In this document: in pieces, positions 61,754-64,000 of the stretch
Layout: each line of letters begins with the position of its first letter
Position numbering within the stretch: position 1 is the first letter of the stretch
DNA from: Acidimicrobiales bacterium
GTDB lineage: Bacteria; Actinomycetota; Acidimicrobiia; Acidimicrobiales; SZUA-35
Reading direction: 5' to 3'
Assembly (NCBI GenBank): GCA_965216685.1
Contig: OZ244195.1
Coordinates: 4,896,673-4,960,672 of the forward strand
DNA length: 64,000 bases
The notes under the pieces: model-generated
Databases searched by the model: none
What the model was told of the DNA's origin: nothing
Seen by the model: the letters and a program-made list of their open reading frames with translations, nothing else
Made by a program: the position numbers and the translations under genes

Positions 61754-62419
61754 ATGACCGACGCTGCGCCTTCGCCGATCCGCGTGTTCCTATTGGATGA
61801 TCATGAGGTGGTTCGGCGAGGCCTGGCCAATCTGCTTAACGACCAGTCCGACATGGAGATTGTTGGCGAAGCCTCGTCGGCCGCGGATGCTCTGGCCGCA
61901 GTGAGGGCCAGCCGCCCCGATGTGGCCGTGCTCGACGTTCGCCTCGGCGATGGAACCGGGGTTGAGGTGTGTCGAGATATTCGGTCGAGGAACCCCGAGG
62001 TGACGTGCCTGATGTTGACGTCCTTCGCCGATGATCGCGCCGCGATCGACGCGGCAATGGCCGGGGCCGCCGGTTTCGTGCTGAAGAAGGTGGGCGGCGA
62101 CGACCTGGTCGAATCGATCAGGAAGGTTGCGTCGGGCCTCGTCCTGCTCGATCAAGCCGAGGTTCGGATCCGGCTGCAACGACTGAAGGACAACAACGAG
62201 GGTTTGTTGTTGACCCTGACACCGCAGGAGAACCGGGCTTTCGAGCTGATCGGCGAGGGACTGTCCAACCGACAGATTGCCGACCGGATGTGCCTGGCTG
62301 AGAAGACGGTCAAGAACTATGTTTCGAGTCTCTTGACCAAACTGGGGGTCTCGCGCCGCACCGAGGCGGCCGCACTGGCCGCCAGGATCGACGAACGCCG
62401 ACGGCACGGGTACTACTGA
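61754..62419 (+). CDS. NarL/LuxR-family two-component response regulator.
   Basis: ORF 61421..62419 trimmed to MTDAAPSPIRVFLLDDHEVV. Motifs: PDVAVLDVRLGDG, LMLTSF, GFVLKKV. HTH is LTPQENRAFELIGEGLSNRQIADRMCLAEKTVKNYVSSLLTKLG. Confidence 0.9.
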   Translation: MTDAAPSPIRVFLLDDHEVVRRGLANLLNDQSDMEIVGEASSAADALAAVRASRPDVAVLDVRLGDGTGVEVCRDIRSRNPEVTCLMLTSFADDRAAIDAAMAGAAGFVLKKVGGDDLVESIRKVASGLVLLDQAEVRIRLQRLKDNNEGLLLTLTPQENRAFELIGEGLSNRQIADRMCLAEKTVKNYVSSLLTKLGVSRRTEAAALAARIDERRRHGYY

Positions 62420-62513
62420 CCGACGACATCTCACCAATCGTTTGCACCAGCAAGTACCGACCGCTGTCGGGTCGTGGACCGGAGGGTCCTCACCGGTCCC
62501 ACCACTCCACCGA

Positions 62514-63620
62514 TCAGGCGTGGGTCCTGCTCTTGGTCGGATCGAAGAACGGGATGGGTTCGACCACCGCGGAGTGGGTCACGCCATCGCCGACCACGTC
62601 GAGCTCGGTACCGGCCGTTGCCGCCGCCGGGGCCAGATGGACCAAGGCCAGACTCTTCTGCAGACGATGGGAGTAGGCCGGGCTGTTGACCACCCCCACC
62701 GGGTCGCCGTCCAGCAGCAACGCCTCCCCGCCGGCCACCATGTCGTCGTGGGCTATCGAGATCCCGGCGCCGACAAATCGTTCGTTGCCCACCGCGGCCA
62801 GCGCCGGCCCTTTGCCGCGGTAGTTGTCGCCACCCCGGGACAAGGCCCAGCCCAGACCGACCTCGCTGGGATGGTGATCGTCGGTCATGTCGTAGCCGTA
62901 GAACAACAGGGCGGCCTCGACCCTGACCTTGTCGAGGGCGGCAAACGACGCCGCCATGACTCCCGCGTCGTTTCCGGCCTCGAGGATGGCATCCCACAGC
63001 GACACCGCATCGGCCGCCGAGGCGAAGATCTCATAGCCCCGCTCCCCCGAGTAACCGGTCCGACTTATCACCGACGGTCGACCGAAGAGGGAGGCGGTCT
63101 CATGGTGGAAATACCGGAGCGGCGCCAGGTCGATGTCGCAGTTGTTGTCGAGCAAGGGTAGAGCCGCCGGACCCTGCAGCGAGATGATGTGCAGGTCGTC
63201 GTCGAGCTCAACGGTTGCCTGCCGCCCTGCGGCCGACGCCTGCAGAAGCGCCATCGAGTCACCGGATCCGTGCACGAACAGCCAGTCATCGTCGGCGTTC
63301 TTGAAGACGATGGCGTCGTCGGCCATGGTGCCCCGGTCGGTCAGAACGGCGCCATAGGCCGACTGGCCGGCCGTCAGCCGGCTGAGGTCGCGACTGTGGG
63401 TGTGATCGACCACGGCCCCGGCGTCGGGGCCGGTGACCCGCACCTTCTTGAGCGGAGACATGTCGAACAGTCCGGCCGCTTCACGAATGGCATCGTGCTC
63501 GTCGTTGGCGTCGGTCGAGTACTCCCAAGCGGTGCCCATACCGTTCCAATCCTCCAGCCCTGAGCCGAGCGAGCGGTGGCGTTCGGCCAGGGCCGACGTA
63601 CGGGACAGTTCTTCGGTCAT
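62514..63620 (-). CDS. Glycine-cleavage-T-family aminomethyltransferase (GcvT/DmdA-like, folate-dependent).
   Basis: EHDAIREAAGLFDMSPLKKVRVTGPDA, YGAVLTDRGTMADDAIV, SRTGYSGERGYEIF. Confidence 0.8.
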   Translation of the reverse strand: MTEELSRTSALAERHRSLGSGLEDWNGMGTAWEYSTDANDEHDAIREAAGLFDMSPLKKVRVTGPDAGAVVDHTHSRDLSRLTAGQSAYGAVLTDRGTMADDAIVFKNADDDWLFVHGSGDSMALLQASAAGRQATVELDDDLHIISLQGPAALPLLDNNCDIDLAPLRYFHHETASLFGRPSVISRTGYSGERGYEIFASAADAVSLWDAILEAGNDAGVMAASFAALDKVRVEAALLFYGYDMTDDHHPSEVGLGWALSRGGDNYRGKGPALAAVGNERFVGAGISIAHDDMVAGGEALLLDGDPVGVVNSPAYSHRLQKSLALVHLAPAAATAGTELDVVGDGVTHSAVVEPIPFFDPTKSRTHA

Positions 63621-63646
63621 GATCAGGGGTCCTTTCGTTGAATTGG

Positions 63647-64000
63647 TCAGTACCAGGCGTCGGGAGCGGCGTTCCTGCGGTCGTCGATGAAAGCCAAGAG
63701 CTCCCGGTCGACGGCCTCGTCGATCGCCGGAGGTTCATAGTCGGCCAGCATCTGCTTCCACTGTTTGTTGGCTCGCCGTTGGCTGTCGAGTGAGCCCTCG
63801 TCGCTCCATTGCTCGTACGAGTTGGTGTCGCTCAACGCCATCTCGTGATTGGCGGTGGCATAGTTGCGCATGGTGTGGGCGCAGCTCAGATAGTTCCCTC
63901 CCGGTCCGGCCTCCCGGTAGGCGTCCATGGCCAGCTGCTCATCATCGACGGTCAGGCCGGACAGTTGCTTGTGCAACGCCCCGCAGCGGTCGAGGTCGAG
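63647..64000 (-). CDS. MttB-superfamily methyltransferase, C-terminal part. The frame is open to the right edge.
   Basis: GPGGNYLSCAHTMRNY...YEQWSDEGSLDSQRRANKQWKQMLADYEPP is typical of the trimethylamine / glycine-betaine methyltransferase family C-terminus. The reading frame continues past 63976 to 64000. Confidence 0.7.
   Translation of the reverse strand, partial: LDLDRCGALHKQLSGLTVDDEQLAMDAYREAGPGGNYLSCAHTMRNYATANHEMALSDTNSYEQWSDEGSLDSQRRANKQWKQMLADYEPPAIDEAVDRELLAFIDDRRNAAPDAWY

Noticed and set aside
1-64000. Search for tRNA/rRNA genes, CRISPR arrays, transposases/integrases, prophage or classic defence-system genes.
   Set aside because: I found no spaced direct-repeat array, no T-arm/anticodon-arm pattern and no recognisable recombinase, nuclease-helicase or phage structural protein among the ORFs. 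The WYL regulator at 52299..53027 sits in a metabolic rather than a defence context.

Overview
The window is a GC-rich actinobacterial chromosomal segment. The GC content was judged by eye, not computed. Lineage markers are mycothiol-type (MDMPI/TIGR03084-like, MshD-like GNAT) and F420-type (DDN-like, LLM) enzyme families, an ECF41/SigJ sigma factor and a heliorhodopsin, which suggests an aquatic Actinomycetota, possibly Acidimicrobiia-like; this is inference only. I support about 75 protein-coding genes. They are tightly packed, with many ATGA/GTGA start-stop overlaps. I recognised no rRNA, tRNA, CRISPR array, transposase, integrase or phage genes.

Main blocks:
- 1-2.7 kb: zinc homeostasis. 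znuB'-znuA-like genes lie divergent from zur plus a CDF exporter, with a Fur-family palindrome between them.
- 2.7-14.3 kb: one long minus-strand operon with Atu/Liu-like content (acyl-CoA carboxylase beta and alpha, AtuA, TetR, crotonase, acyl-CoA dehydrogenase), followed by NMO, an FAD oxidoreductase and an ECF41 sigma.
- 14.4-30 kb: assorted redox, GNAT and regulator genes. These include a divergent AraC pair, a TetR-Rieske-SDR unit and an ArsR-SRPBCC pair.
- 30.1-38.3 kb: histidine utilisation cluster. iclR, a mini-ORF and hutH are divergent from hutU, a def-like gene, hutF and hutI, with a heliorhodopsin gene directly appended.
- 40.4-43.2 kb: beta-oxidation trio.
- 44.4-45.7 kb: DUF1801 gene coupled to an atypical diadenylate-cyclase-domain protein.
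- 47.6 kb: acdS.
- 48.8-51.7 kb: minus-strand operon containing a PrxQ/BCP peroxiredoxin whose peroxidatic Cys codon is TGA (candidate selenoprotein), linked to VIT1.
- 52-57 kb: RidA, WYL regulator, 2OG oxygenase, PPOX, MarR, pirin and CNNM genes.
- 57.8-62.4 kb: a decayed P-type ATPase remnant, then a PAS3-GAF histidine kinase, an orphan receiver and a NarL-type regulator.
- 62.5-64 kb: GcvT-family plus MttB-family (partial) methyl-amine module.

Most notable findings:
- The heliorhodopsin is apparently co-oriented and co-terminated with the hut operon.
- A peptide-deformylase homologue sits where an N-formylglutamate deformylase is expected.
- The PrxQ has a TGA at the catalytic Cys and a downstream hairpin.
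- The DAC-domain protein has an uncharacterised N-terminal half.
- Several strong intergenic inverted or tandem repeats are present.
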